Origin: an uncultured SAR86 cluster bacterium
Lineage (GTDB): Bacteria; Pseudomonadota; Gammaproteobacteria; Magnimaribacterales; TMED112
Length of the DNA: 64,000 nt
NCBI GenBank assembly: GCA_902579195.1
Contig: CACHFV010000001.1
Coordinates: 175,644-239,643, forward strand
Reading direction: 5' to 3'
How positions within the stretch are numbered: the first letter of the stretch is position 1; every line of letters starts with the position of its first letter. Under the pieces are notes generated by a model. The model was not told the origin of the DNA. It saw only the letters and a list, made by a program, of their open reading frames with translations, and searched no databases. Made by a program: the position numbers and the translations under genes. Positions 1-10,284 of the stretch are shown one piece after another.

Positions 1-906
1 AATACGTTCATTCTCAGCTGGCTCAAAACCTGCCCCCTTCTTTGTAATTATATGCAACAAATAGGGTTCTTTTTTTTCGACCATACGTCGAAGAGTTTTG
101 ATAAGAAGGGGAATGTCATGCCCATCAATTGGTCCAATGTAATGAAGGCCCAGATCTTCAAATAGATTGCCTGGCATAACTGCATGCTTCAGCCCATCTT
201 TTAGGTTTCGTGAAATATGTAAACCACCTGGTAAATTCTTTAGGACTTTCTTGCCACTTGATTTAAGTTTTTTATACGATTTTGAAGCCCAAACCTTTGC
301 TAAGTAGTCCGAAAGCCCTCCAGTATTTTTTGATATGGACATATCATTATCATTCAAAATAATATTCAAATTATTATCTAGGTGTGCTGCATGCATCATG
401 CCTTCAAAGGCTATTCCAGCTGTCATAGCGCCATCACCTATCACAGAAAAAATATTCCTTCTCGTTGAAAGATGGACATTGGCCTCATTCATACCTAAGG
501 AGGCACTTATTGATGTGCTTGAATGACCAACGCTCATGGCATCGTACTCAGATTCAGTGATGGAAGGAAAAGGGTGAATGCCATCTTTTTTTCTCATTAG
601 ATGCATCTTCTCTCTTCTCCCAGTTAGGATTTTATGTGGATATGCCTGATGGCCTGTATCCCAAACAATTTTATCAAATGGCATATCTAACACATAATGC
701 AAAGCAATGGTAAGCTCGATTGTTCCAAGTCCAGCTCCAAAGTGCCCACCAGTCTTACTTACTGAATGTAGAAGGAATTCTCTCAACTCATCAGCCAGCT
801 CAACTAATTGATCTTCTTCTAATAATTTAAGATCCTTTGGTGATTCAATACCATTTAGGTATTTAAATTCTGGCAATTGATCTGGAAATTCCTTAAAGAT
901 TTTCAT
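1..906 (-). CDS. dxs: 1-deoxy-D-xylulose-5-phosphate synthase (5' part; runs off the window start)
   Basis: Manual minus-strand translation from ATG at 906: [10 protein letters not shown]...HSVSKTGGHFGAGLGTIELTIALHYV...WDTGHQAYPHKILTGRR...GHSSTSISA, the typical Dxs N-terminus. Follows xseB-ispA, with a TAATG overlap with the ispA stop. Confidence 0.96.
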   Translation of the reverse strand, partial: MKIFKEFPDQLPEFKYLNGIESPKDLKLLEEDQLVELADELREFLLHSVSKTGGHFGAGLGTIELTIALHYVLDMPFDKIVWDTGHQAYPHKILTGRREKMHLMRKKDGIHPFPSITESEYDAMSVGHSSTSISASLGMNEANVHLSTRRNIFSVIGDGAMTAGIAFEGMMHAAHLDNNLNIILNDNDMSISKNTGGLSDYLAKVWASKSYKKLKSSGKKVLKNLPGGLHISRNLKDGLKHAVMPGNLFEDLGLHYIGPIDGHDIPLLIKTLRRMVEKKEPYLLHIITKKGAGFEPAENERI

Positions 907-1796
907 TAAATTCTTCTATTAAACAAGTTCATTATATAGTTGCTCAGATAATGTTCATCAAGATTGAGTTCCTGCAACAAATTATTTGCTTCAGCCTTAT
1001 AGGCATCTAAGAGTTCAATTGTTTTTTTCTCACCAAAACTAATGGGATAGTTCTTCTTATTTCTGATAATGTCTTTTTGTGATTTTTTTCCAAGGTTTTC
1101 AGAGGTTTCTTGTAAATCTAATAGATCGTCAATCAACTGAAATGAAATGCCCACAATCTTTCCTAATCTTTTCCACTTTTCATTAGTTGCATCAGCTATC
1201 ATCAACGGAGCAAGAAAACAAAACTCAATCAATACTCCTGTTTTTAGTTCACACATTAACAGTATCTCGCTTTCATTGGCCTCTCTTGATTCATATTCAA
1301 TATCAAGAGCTTGTCCCAAAATCATGCCTTTACTGCCTATTGTTTCTAGAAGCATTTTTGCAAGTAAATTATTTTGCTTCTCTGTAAAGTGTTGGTTGTC
1401 CAACAGCATCTCTAATGCCATTGATTGCATAGCATCACCAGCCAAAACAGCTGTGGCTTCATTATATTTTTTGTGTAGTGAGGGCTGTCCTCTTCTTAAA
1501 TCATCATCGTCCATGCACGGCAGATCATCATGTACAAGAGAATAGGTATGTATGGTCTCTAGAGCCCCTGCAATTGCATCTGCATGATCTAGCTCAAGTG
1601 ATAATGCATCACTAACCAAGTATAGAAGGGTAGGTCTGACTCTTTTGCCTGGTGCTTCTAAGGCATAAACAATTGGTTCATCAATAATGTTGTTTGACTT
1701 AATATACGCTTTAAGAAATTGGTCTACTCTTTGTTGAAAAAAGCTTTCTAAATTCGAGTTACTCTGCGTCGTCGTTGAAAGGTTTAGTTTGCCCAT
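906..1796 (-). CDS. ispA: Farnesyl-diphosphate synthase / polyprenyl synthetase
   Basis: [27 protein letters not shown] (FARM), FQLIDDLLD (SARM); xseB-ispA-dxs synteny. Confidence 0.95.
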   Translation of the reverse strand: MGKLNLSTTTQSNSNLESFFQQRVDQFLKAYIKSNNIIDEPIVYALEAPGKRVRPTLLYLVSDALSLELDHADAIAGALETIHTYSLVHDDLPCMDDDDLRRGQPSLHKKYNEATAVLAGDAMQSMALEMLLDNQHFTEKQNNLLAKMLLETIGSKGMILGQALDIEYESREANESEILLMCELKTGVLIEFCFLAPLMIADATNEKWKRLGKIVGISFQLIDDLLDLQETSENLGKKSQKDIIRNKKNYPISFGEKKTIELLDAYKAEANNLLQELNLDEHYLSNYIMNLFNRRI

Positions 1797-1971
1797 CTTC
1801 TGTTAGCTCTTTGATTTTATTTTCAGCAGATTCAAGCTCTTTTTGACAAACTTTTATGAGAGAAATGCCTCTCTCAAAGTTTTTTAAAGATTCGTCTAAA
1901 TTAGGCTCTCCGTCCTCTAATGATTTAACTATCTTTTCTAGTTCTTTAATTGAGTCTTCAAATTTTGCCAT
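1759..1971 (-). CDS. xseB: Exodeoxyribonuclease VII small subunit
   Basis: [35 protein letters not shown] pattern; 70 aa; upstream of ispA. Confidence 0.95.
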   Translation of the reverse strand: MAKFEDSIKELEKIVKSLEDGEPNLDESLKNFERGISLIKVCQKELESAENKIKELTEDGQTKPFNDDAE

Positions 1972-1977
1972 AGTGAA

Positions 1978-1983
1978 ATTTTA
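1978..1983 (-). promoter_or_regulatory. Putative sigma70 -10 element (TAAAAT) 6 nt before the xseB ATG
   Basis: Minus strand reads TAAAAT-ttcact-ATG, with no Shine-Dalgarno in between. Confidence 0.45.
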
Positions 1984-1999
1984 ACTTATTTAAAAAATA

Positions 2000-4900
2000 T
2001 TACCCTGCAATTCGGTTGTATAGATTGTTAAATTGTGCAGAAATGCTTTGAAATAATCCTGATTTTGGTTTTCCATTATTATTCAAATTTTCAAGCACCA
2101 CGAGAAAAGACGGTGTAACCAAAAGAGTTATAAGAGTGCTGAAACCAAGGCCCCAACAAATGCTTATTCCAAAAACTTGATACCATTTAACTGTTGAAGT
2201 CCCTTCAAAAATCTCTCTGTTCAATACATCAATACTGTATCCAGCAGATAAGAATAACAGCCCAAAGATTGTTGTGACTGTTGTTAGTAGAACAGGCCTT
2301 AATCTGCTCATGCAGGTCTCTGTTATGAGTTCTTCGGTTGTTTTCTTTGGGAAATCTAATTTCAATTTATTAAAAGTATCTATCAATACTATATTGTTGT
2401 TAACGACTATCCCAGCAAGACCCACAACTGCCGTACCAGTCATAATTGTAGATGGTTCAGACCCTGTTATAGTTAAGCCAAGATATACTCCTGCTGTGGA
2501 GAAGAGGACAGACACTAATATGACCAAAGGCTGAAGGATACTGTTAAATTGAGTCACGAGAATTATGAACATCAAGAATAGAGCTCCAACGAATGCCTGT
2601 AGAAGGAAAGTAGTAGCCTCATCTCCTCTTTGAGTTAGGCCTCCAAATTTAACCTCCATACCTGGTTCAATAAAGTTGGTTTCTTCCATCCAGTTGCTTA
2701 TTTTGCCAATCTCTACCCCAAGGTTATAGTCAGGTTTGTTAATCCCAGTAATTTCGTAAAAAAATCTGCCATCTCGTCTAACTAAACTTGTGGTATTTGG
2801 TCTAGCTTCCACATCAACAAAGCTTGAAATAGGAACAGCACCATTTCTAGTGTTTACAGTTATCTCATCGAGGCTTGATAAGGTTCTTTTATCCTTTTGA
2901 AATCTGGCTCTTATATCAATTTCTTCTTTTGAATCGTCAGGTCGATATTCGCCAAGCTTTATCCCTGATGTCACCATCTGGATAGCAGCACCAATATCAA
3001 ACAAGCTTATGCCTGATTGAAAAGCTCTTTCTTTATCAACATCAACCTTCCACTCAATCTTGTATTTTGGAAGACTATCATCAATTCCAGTGATACCTTC
3101 AATATTAGATTCTATGTATGCTCTTAGTTCTTTTGTTTTTCTTTCAATTTGCAATAAATTATCACTATAAAGCTCAATTTCTACAGGTGAGTTGAACTGT
3201 CCAGGACCATCTTGGACCTCTTTTATATTTATGTTGTAACCGACAACGTCTGCAACCGACTCTCTTAAAAGCCTCAGTACTTCCCAACCAGAAATATCAA
3301 GTGTTTTTGGATCTTCAACAATAATATATCCTCTACCAACACCATCACCACCACCTCGGGAGGCAGATCTTACATCCATGAACAACTCATCAACACCCTC
3401 GATGTTAAGCATCTTTTCTTCTGCATCTAAAGCAAATTCTCTTGCTTCATATGGGGATAAGTTGCCCCGTGCTTGTATGTCCGCATTTATGATCCAAGGG
3501 TCAATACTAGGGAAGTAAACAGAGTCTTTTCCATAGTTATTAACAACGCCGCTAGGGCCTAAAATTAAAAACATTATTCCGAATGTGTAAGCAATTGTCT
3601 CTAGAGGATTTCTTGAAGCAAAACCAATAGCTTTTCTGTAACCATTTTTTAAAGGAGTATCTTCGTTGTCATTCTTTGCATCGGTCGACTTTTTTCTTCT
3701 TCCTAACAGTGAGCCTATTGCAGGGGCAAAAATAAGCGCATAAGCCAGTGATGCCGCCAGAACTGCAAACACAGTTATGGGCAAGTACCTCATAAATTTA
3801 CCTGATATGCCAGGCCAAATCATGAGAGGTGAAAAAGCAGCCAATGTGGTTAGAACAGAAGCAAAAACTGGAGCAAACATTCTCTGCGCTGCATTCATGT
3901 AAGCTTCTTTTCTCGTTTGGCCTTCATCAATTAATTTGTCTGCGTATTCAACTACAACAATAGCTCCATCAATGAGCATGCCAAGCCCCAGCAACATACC
4001 AAACATGACAAGGAAATTAAACTCAAAGCCCATGAAGTACCACAGTACCCCAAAAGCAGTTAGAAAAGAGAATGGTATTGCTATGCCAACAATTAAACCA
4101 TTTCTAAGTCCTAAAGCTGCCACAACAAGCAACATAACCAAGATCACTGCTGTAATAATATTGCCCTGCAATTCGCTGACCATATCTGCTGCGAACTTTG
4201 TTGTATCAAGTCCTGGAGTAATAACCAATGAATCTGGATACTCACTTTCTATAAGCTCAACTTCTTTCTTCACTGCATTAGCAATATCAAGCTCATTAAA
4301 GCCAGTGCGTTTTGATATATTAAGAGAAATTGAATCAAATCCATTGACTCTGGAAAAAGATGTAGGGTCTTTGAATGTACGTTTTATATTCGCAACGTCA
4401 CCAAGGGTAACTACTTTTGATCCAGATGCTTTGATTGGTAAATTAAAAACGTCTTGTCTTGTCTCAAAAACACTAGGAATTTCAACTGCAAACTTTCCAG
4501 ACCCAGTATCTTGAAAACCTGCTGGTATTAGAACGTTATTATTTCTAACTGCTCCAGCTATTTCTCCAAGACTTACTCCTAAGCTCTCCAGTTTAGATTT
4601 TGAAACCTCAACTTCAAGAAGCTCCTCTGGGACGCCACCAATTTCAACGCCCAACACTCCGGGTATTTTTTCAAATCGTTCTTGTATGTCTGTGGCTATT
4701 AAGTAGCCAATTCTTAGGTTTGAAAACCCATACAAGCTATAAACTAGGATAGGCATATCGTTATCAGCTGCTTCTCTTACAATAGGATCTTCAGCTTCAG
4801 GAGGAAGTTGGTTTCTAACTTCGCTTACCGCTCTTTCAACATCTAAAATTGCTTGATCGATGTCATAGTCAACATCATATTGAATCTGCAATGTTGTAAA

Positions 4901-5161
4901 ACTTTGAGAGTTTGTTGATCTAACTTCTTCAGCGCCTTCAAGTCTTAGAAACCTATTTTCCATTGGTTTGGCAACCAATCGAGACATGTCTTCTGGTGAT
5001 GCTCCTTCAAGAAAAACACTTACAAAAACCCATGGGAAAGTAATATTTGGGTTGGAAGCAATTGGCATTGCTGCTCTTCCAAGTGAGCCCATGATTACGA
5101 GGAACACCATGATTAATAGTGTTGTTCTAAATTTGCCTACTGCTGTTGAAACAATTCCCAT
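2000..5161 (-). CDS. RND efflux transporter permease (AcrB/AcrD/AcrF family)
   Basis: 1053 aa, two large periplasmic loops, GMLIDGAIVVVE, GIVVNNNIVLID, RLRPVLLTTVTT motifs. Confidence 0.93.
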   Translation of the reverse strand: MGIVSTAVGKFRTTLLIMVFLVIMGSLGRAAMPIASNPNITFPWVFVSVFLEGASPEDMSRLVAKPMENRFLRLEGAEEVRSTNSQSFTTLQIQYDVDYDIDQAILDVERAVSEVRNQLPPEAEDPIVREAADNDMPILVYSLYGFSNLRIGYLIATDIQERFEKIPGVLGVEIGGVPEELLEVEVSKSKLESLGVSLGEIAGAVRNNNVLIPAGFQDTGSGKFAVEIPSVFETRQDVFNLPIKASGSKVVTLGDVANIKRTFKDPTSFSRVNGFDSISLNISKRTGFNELDIANAVKKEVELIESEYPDSLVITPGLDTTKFAADMVSELQGNIITAVILVMLLVVAALGLRNGLIVGIAIPFSFLTAFGVLWYFMGFEFNFLVMFGMLLGLGMLIDGAIVVVEYADKLIDEGQTRKEAYMNAAQRMFAPVFASVLTTLAAFSPLMIWPGISGKFMRYLPITVFAVLAASLAYALIFAPAIGSLLGRRKKSTDAKNDNEDTPLKNGYRKAIGFASRNPLETIAYTFGIMFLILGPSGVVNNYGKDSVYFPSIDPWIINADIQARGNLSPYEAREFALDAEEKMLNIEGVDELFMDVRSASRGGGDGVGRGYIIVEDPKTLDISGWEVLRLLRESVADVVGYNINIKEVQDGPGQFNSPVEIELYSDNLLQIERKTKELRAYIESNIEGITGIDDSLPKYKIEWKVDVDKERAFQSGISLFDIGAAIQMVTSGIKLGEYRPDDSKEEIDIRARFQKDKRTLSSLDEITVNTRNGAVPISSFVDVEARPNTTSLVRRDGRFFYEITGINKPDYNLGVEIGKISNWMEETNFIEPGMEVKFGGLTQRGDEATTFLLQAFVGALFLMFIILVTQFNSILQPLVILVSVLFSTAGVYLGLTITGSEPSTIMTGTAVVGLAGIVVNNNIVLIDTFNKLKLDFPKKTTEELITETCMSRLRPVLLTTVTTIFGLLFLSAGYSIDVLNREIFEGTSTVKWYQVFGISICWGLGFSTLITLLVTPSFLVVLENLNNNGKPKSGLFQSISAQFNNLYNRIAG

Positions 5162-5164
5162 AAT

Positions 5165-6163
5165 CTAGCGTGAAATAGAATTTACTTCTTCTCCCTCTTT
5201 AACAAAACCTTGTCCAGCAACAACAATGTTAGCTTCTTCAGGCAAGCCTGTTACCCATGCACCAGCCACCGTATCAATTAAGATTTGGACCGTATAAATT
5301 CTAATTACACTGTTCAGCACAGTTGCCAAAGCAACATCACCATTATCTGCCAGAAGAAAGGCAGAAGTTGGAATGAAATGAGCTTTTTGGCTATCTATAA
5401 AAATTGTCATTTCTCCTGTTAAGCCATCTTTAACAGAGTTTTGTTCATTGGGTAATTCAGACTCAACTCTAAATGTTCTTGTTTGTGAATCAGCAGTGGA
5501 AGCTACAAAAGTAACAGCAGTTTCAAACTCCTCGCCTGATATCAATTTGATTTTAACTGGTTGTCCTGTTTTTATTTTTGAAACCACAAGTTCAGAAACA
5601 TTTCCAACAATTTTCAAAGGTGAAAGAGAAACCAGCGAGGCACAAATCTGCCCATTTTGAAGAAGTTGCCCCTCTTTTGCTAAATTATCAACAAAGCCAC
5701 CAAAGGGCGCTGCAATATTTGTTCGTTCGAGAGCAATGCGAGCTTGTTCAAAAGTTGTTTCTGCTGCCACCAATGATGATTGAGATGAAAGACCTTTTTT
5801 ACTAAGTTCTTTTGCAGAATTAAATCCAATTTCAGCTCTTTTAAAGTTTGCTAACCGTTCGCCTGAATCAAGCTGGCAAATTACCTCTCCCTCGTTGACA
5901 TAATCACCATCTTTGAAACCAATATTGACTACTTTTTCAGAGGTTTGTGATCTGATATCGACTTTTGAGAATGCCTTAGTTTCACTTTTAACATTGATTG
6001 GTAAACTGAAATCACTTGCAACTGATTCGTTTACAACAACTGTCTGAACTTCTTTTGTTAGAGCTTGAGTCTTTTCAGGTTGTGGAGCGAAATAACCCTG
6101 TATCCAGTAAAGAACTACGATCGATAATAGTAGTGCTGATGCCCTTAAATTTTTTTTATTCAT
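5165..6163 (-). CDS. RND efflux periplasmic adaptor (membrane fusion protein)
   Basis: N-terminal TM, lipoyl-like GDYVNEGEVICQLD, IAAPFGGFV, ADSQTRTFRVE; adjacent to the RND permease. Confidence 0.92.
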   Translation of the reverse strand: MNKKNLRASALLLSIVVLYWIQGYFAPQPEKTQALTKEVQTVVVNESVASDFSLPINVKSETKAFSKVDIRSQTSEKVVNIGFKDGDYVNEGEVICQLDSGERLANFKRAEIGFNSAKELSKKGLSSQSSLVAAETTFEQARIALERTNIAAPFGGFVDNLAKEGQLLQNGQICASLVSLSPLKIVGNVSELVVSKIKTGQPVKIKLISGEEFETAVTFVASTADSQTRTFRVESELPNEQNSVKDGLTGEMTIFIDSQKAHFIPTSAFLLADNGDVALATVLNSVIRIYTVQILIDTVAGAWVTGLPEEANIVVAGQGFVKEGEEVNSISR

Positions 6164-6165
6164 TT

Positions 6166-6984
6166 TTAAATCTTATATTTGTTTCTTAATTTTGATAACG
6201 CTGCATTATCACCTTTATTTTCAGACGTATCAGTCTCATCGTATGGGTTATAAAAGTCAAATTTTTGTGTATGTTCTTTTGACATATCTTCAAGGGTAAA
6301 GTTCGATTTTCTTTTGATAAAATCAAGAAACTTTACATCCCAAGATACGAATGCTCTGCCATCCTCCTTCCAATAAAGGATAAATTCTGGCAAATATTGA
6401 TCAACAAACTCTTTCTCTATACCAGTCATTTGAATAATATCCATACAATCATCAGATGGGTACCAGTCACTATCAATGGTTGAAGGCTCATTTTTGGTGT
6501 GTATTTCAGCAGAATGTTGAGCCCATTTTAATCGGACATGCTCAATAAACTTTGAATTATATGAAACCAATGTGCCTGGTCTCTCGGTCCAATAAACAAT
6601 AAATTCTGGAATGAGCTCATTAATAAAGTCCTCATTAATGCCTGAACGAGTTAATATTTCGACAACATCTTCAGATGGTTGCCAAGTGTTGTCGATATTT
6701 GCTCGAGAAGTTGTTTTGTTGTTGATCTGCAAGACCTTTGATTTTGTATTTGATTCTTTAGAGATTCTTTTCTTATCGAGATCTACGTTTAAAAGTCCTT
6801 TTTGATGTAAATCTAAGAGATGTGAAATCAAATCTGTCTCTGTCCAGAATGGAAGGCCAGAAAAAACTTTTTCAAGCTTAATATAAGTTACAGTTTCATT
6901 ATCTTTAATCCATTGAAGAATAATTGCGCCTTCAATCCCAACTGATTCTGCAATCTCTTTTTCAAATTTATAATACTTATCCAA
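6166..6984 (-). CDS. DnaT-like ssDNA-binding domain protein (two tandem domains)
   Basis: Internal repeat WQPSED...LIPEFIVYW...YNSKFIEHV and WYPSDD...YLPEFILYW...WDVKFLDFI resembles the DnaT DNA-binding domain. Confidence 0.72.
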   Translation of the reverse strand: MDKYYKFEKEIAESVGIEGAIILQWIKDNETVTYIKLEKVFSGLPFWTETDLISHLLDLHQKGLLNVDLDKKRISKESNTKSKVLQINNKTTSRANIDNTWQPSEDVVEILTRSGINEDFINELIPEFIVYWTERPGTLVSYNSKFIEHVRLKWAQHSAEIHTKNEPSTIDSDWYPSDDCMDIIQMTGIEKEFVDQYLPEFILYWKEDGRAFVSWDVKFLDFIKRKSNFTLEDMSKEHTQKFDFYNPYDETDTSENKGDNAALSKLRNKYKI

Positions 6985-8029
6985 TTTCTCTTCTTTGTTT
7001 TACTGACTGTGATAAGTTCAAGAGCAGTTCCTTTGTTTCATCCCAACAAATACATGCATCTGTAATGCTCTTTCCATACTCAAGCTCATCTGAAATCTTT
7101 TGATTGCCTGCCTTTAGATGGCTCTCAATCATGACTCCAGCAATATGTTTGTTTCCCCCAGCTATTTGCTTGCATACTGATGCACAAACGACTTTTTGAT
7201 TTTCATGATTTTTCTTACTGTTGCCATGGCTGCAATCAATCATTATGTTTTTATTTATCTCAGATGCATCTAGTTTCTCAATGCACGCATTCACATCTTC
7301 TTTCTCATAGTTTGGCTCTTTGCCGCCTCTGAGAATTATGTGTGTATCATCGTTACCTGATGTTTTGAAGATGGCAACTTTCCCTTGCTTTGTTGTTCCT
7401 AAAAAAACATGTTGATATTGGGCTGATTTAATGGCATCAACAGCTACTTTCACATCACCATTGGTGGAATTTTTGATGCCTATCGGGCAGGATAAACCAG
7501 ATGTAAGCTCTCTATGGACTTGGCTTTCTGCTGTTCGTGCACCGATGGCCCCCCAACTTACTAAATCTGAAACATATTGAGGTGATATTAAATCAAGAAA
7601 TTCTGTGCCAGTAGGCAGGCCGATATCAGCAATGTCCTTGAGTAGTTTTCTTGAAATTCTTAAACCCTCATTGATTTTGAATGAGTTATCTATTCTTGGA
7701 TCATTAATCAATCCTTTCCATCCGATTGTTGTACGCGGTTTTTCAAAATAAACACGCATAACAATTACTATTTCATTTTCAACTTGGGCAGAAAACTCTT
7801 TTAACAGCTTTGCGTACTCAATTGCAGATACTGGGTCATGAATAGAACACGGACCAACTATCGCAATAATTCGATCGTCAAGGTTGTGCAAGACTCTACT
7901 AATGTTACGTCTGGCACCAAAAATCAGCTTGGAAGATTCCTTATCGAGGGGAATTTCTTTGGTTATTTCTTCAGGTGTAGATAGCTCTTCACGAGAGAGA
8001 ATTCTGCTGTTGTCTGTTATGTACATCAT
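6977..8029 (-). CDS. aroG: 3-deoxy-7-phosphoheptulonate (DAHP) synthase, class I
   Basis: VGPCSIHD, MRVYFEKPRTTIGWKGLIND, GAIGARTAESQVHRE, IDCSHGNS. Start placed at ATG 8029 (or 8026) rather than TTG 8050. Isoenzyme (aroG/F/H) not resolvable. Confidence 0.93.
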   Translation of the reverse strand: MMYITDNSRILSREELSTPEEITKEIPLDKESSKLIFGARRNISRVLHNLDDRIIAIVGPCSIHDPVSAIEYAKLLKEFSAQVENEIVIVMRVYFEKPRTTIGWKGLINDPRIDNSFKINEGLRISRKLLKDIADIGLPTGTEFLDLISPQYVSDLVSWGAIGARTAESQVHRELTSGLSCPIGIKNSTNGDVKVAVDAIKSAQYQHVFLGTTKQGKVAIFKTSGNDDTHIILRGGKEPNYEKEDVNACIEKLDASEINKNIMIDCSHGNSKKNHENQKVVCASVCKQIAGGNKHIAGVMIESHLKAGNQKISDELEYGKSITDACICWDETKELLLNLSQSVKQRREIG

Positions 8030-8172
8030 TTTTAAAATTTGAGCTGTCAATTTTACAACATAGTCAGCTAAGTTTTTAGCAAAATATGGAAAGAAACAAT
8101 ATAAAAAAAACTATTGTGTTAAAAACACAATATTTAGTATTTATTTTCATTTACGGCTACAATATCTTGTGT

Positions 8173-8970
8173 ATGTCAGCATTACAAGAAATTGAGCTTC
8201 CAAAGGTAAAAGGGAATCCAGTCGATCAATTGCCTGAAAATTTGTATGTGCCTCCAAAAGCATTGCTGCTTTTGCTTGATGTATTTTCTGGCCCAATGGA
8301 TTTCTTGTTATATCTGATACAAAGAAAAAACCTAGATATTATAGAAGTTAATCTTGTAGAAATTACTGATCAATACATTGCTTATATTGAATTAATGGAT
8401 GATTTTGAGTATGAGCTTGCTGGTGATTATTTAGCAATGGCAGCTTATCTTGCAGAAATTAAATCTAGAATCCTCCTACCGAGAGAGGAAGAAAATGAGG
8501 ATGAAGAATCAGATCCAAAAGCAGAGCTCATAAGACGTTTGCAAGAATATAAGAGATTTAAAGAGGCTTCGATTACACTTGATGAGCTTCCTCGTATTGA
8601 TAGGGATATTTTTTCAGCAAATGCAAAAATGCCCGAGTTTGAGCTTCCAAAACCTAAAAACAACTACAACAAAAATGATCTAGCTTTTGCACTGCAGTCA
8701 ATGTTGGATGAAATGGTTCGCCTTTCAAGCCATAAAGTTAAGCTTGAAAATATAACCGTGGAGGCAAAAATGAAACTGTTGCTCGACAGTCTCAAGGAAA
8801 GAGATTTTATTTCTTTGCCAGAATTAATTCTCAAGGGCGAATCAAAACTTGCAGTCTCTGTCATACTTTCGGCTGCGTTGGAATTAAATAGAAAAGGTTA
8901 TGTGGAAATTGTTCAAGCCGAACAATTTGGAGAGATTTATTTTAAAGGCTCAGAGGAGGTAGTTCATTAA
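8173..8970 (+). CDS. scpA: Segregation and condensation protein A
   Basis: FSGPMDFLLYLIQRKNLDI, YLAMAAYLAEIKSRILLP, DPKAELIRRLQEYKRFK. Start set at ATG 8173. Confidence 0.94.
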   Translation: MSALQEIELPKVKGNPVDQLPENLYVPPKALLLLLDVFSGPMDFLLYLIQRKNLDIIEVNLVEITDQYIAYIELMDDFEYELAGDYLAMAAYLAEIKSRILLPREEENEDEESDPKAELIRRLQEYKRFKEASITLDELPRIDRDIFSANAKMPEFELPKPKNNYNKNDLAFALQSMLDEMVRLSSHKVKLENITVEAKMKLLLDSLKERDFISLPELILKGESKLAVSVILSAALELNRKGYVEIVQAEQFGEIYFKGSEEVVH

Positions 8971-9551
8971 TGGAACTAAAAAATAGAATTGAGGCAATAC
9001 TTCTTGCAGCAAATAGAGCATTAACACTCAAAGACATATGTGAGCTACTTGAAATTGATAATAGCGAACATGAGTCTGAGGTTATGAATTCAATTTATAA
9101 GTTAAAAGATGAGTTTGCTGATAAACCTTATGAACTAGTTGAAGTTTCAAGCGGGTATCGTGTGCAAATACATCATGATTTTGCTGGAGATATAGCAAAA
9201 CTTTGGGAAGTTAAGCCATTGAGGCTTTCAAGAGCAACATTGGAAACTCTCTCCATTATTACCTATATGCAGCCAGTAACCAGAGGTGATATTGAGGACA
9301 TTAGAGGGGTTAATGTAGCCACCAATGTGATTAAGCTATTGCTTGATCAGGGATGGATTAAAATTAAAGGGTATAGAGATGTGCCGGGTAGACCAGCACT
9401 TTTCATCACCACACAAAAATTCCTTGATGATTTCGCAATGAAAACTCTATCTGATTTGCCAGAGCTGCCAGATCTACCTGAGATAGAATCAATAACACCA
9501 GAACTTTCCCTGCAAAATGAACCAGCAGAGCAAGAAGCTCCAAAATCCTAA
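8970..9551 (+). CDS. scpB: Segregation and condensation protein B
   Basis: LSRATLETLSIITYMQPVTRGDIEDIRGV, GRPALFITTQKFLDDF; follows scpA. Confidence 0.96.
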   Translation: MELKNRIEAILLAANRALTLKDICELLEIDNSEHESEVMNSIYKLKDEFADKPYELVEVSSGYRVQIHHDFAGDIAKLWEVKPLRLSRATLETLSIITYMQPVTRGDIEDIRGVNVATNVIKLLLDQGWIKIKGYRDVPGRPALFITTQKFLDDFAMKTLSDLPELPDLPEIESITPELSLQNEPAEQEAPKS

Positions 9552-10284
9552 GGAAAAAGTTTCCAAATATCTTGCAAATATTGGTTTTGCATCAAGAAGA
9601 GGTATTGCAAACTTATTTAGCGAAAAAACAATTTTGCTAAATGGAAAGAAAGCGAAACAAGCAGATCTTCTGAAAGATGGCGATACCCTAACTATCGATG
9701 GTGAAGATCATATTGTTGACTTAAACCCTGAAACAGAAGTTCTCATATACCATAAGCCAACTGGACAAGTCTGCTCAAATGTACCGACAGAAAAAAATGA
9801 TAGTGTTTTCAGCCACATACCCCCACGTAAAAAAGGCAAATGGATCATGGTGGGGCGTCTTGATGTAAATACTTCAGGGTTATTGGTGTTTTCTAACAAC
9901 GGTGATTTTGTAAATTTCCTATCACACCCAAGCAGCAGAATTGATAGAGAATACCTTTGCAGAGTCTATGGTGACATCACAGATAAAAAAATTGAAAACG
10001 TTATGAAAGGCGTAAATATTAATGGAGAAAAATCTTCCTTTTCAGACGTAGTAGCTGTAAAAAAGATTTCAAAATCAAAAAACCATTGGTTTTATGTTTG
10101 TTTATTTACTGGGAAGAATAGAGAAGTTAGAAAGATTTGGAGTTCCCAAAAATTAACTGTAAATAGACTAATGAGATTGAGATATGGGCCAATAATTATG
10201 CCTGAAAACTTAAAACCAGGTGGTTGGAAAAAGTTTTCAAAAAATGAAGTTAGCAAATTGCAAAACTTATTAAAAGTTCAATAA
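9517..10284 (+). CDS. rluB: rRNA pseudouridine synthase (RsuA/RluB family)
   Basis: S4-like N-terminus, VGRLDVNTSGLL catalytic motif, GKNREVRKI; scpAB-rluB synteny. Confidence 0.88.
   Translation: MNQQSKKLQNPKEKVSKYLANIGFASRRGIANLFSEKTILLNGKKAKQADLLKDGDTLTIDGEDHIVDLNPETEVLIYHKPTGQVCSNVPTEKNDSVFSHIPPRKKGKWIMVGRLDVNTSGLLVFSNNGDFVNFLSHPSSRIDREYLCRVYGDITDKKIENVMKGVNINGEKSSFSDVVAVKKISKSKNHWFYVCLFTGKNREVRKIWSSQKLTVNRLMRLRYGPIIMPENLKPGGWKKFSKNEVSKLQNLLKVQ

Noticed and set aside
8086-8172. N-terminal extension of scpA in the ORF track, and the TTG 8050 start of aroG
   Set aside because: AT-rich divergent promoter region; family similarity begins at the downstream ATGs.
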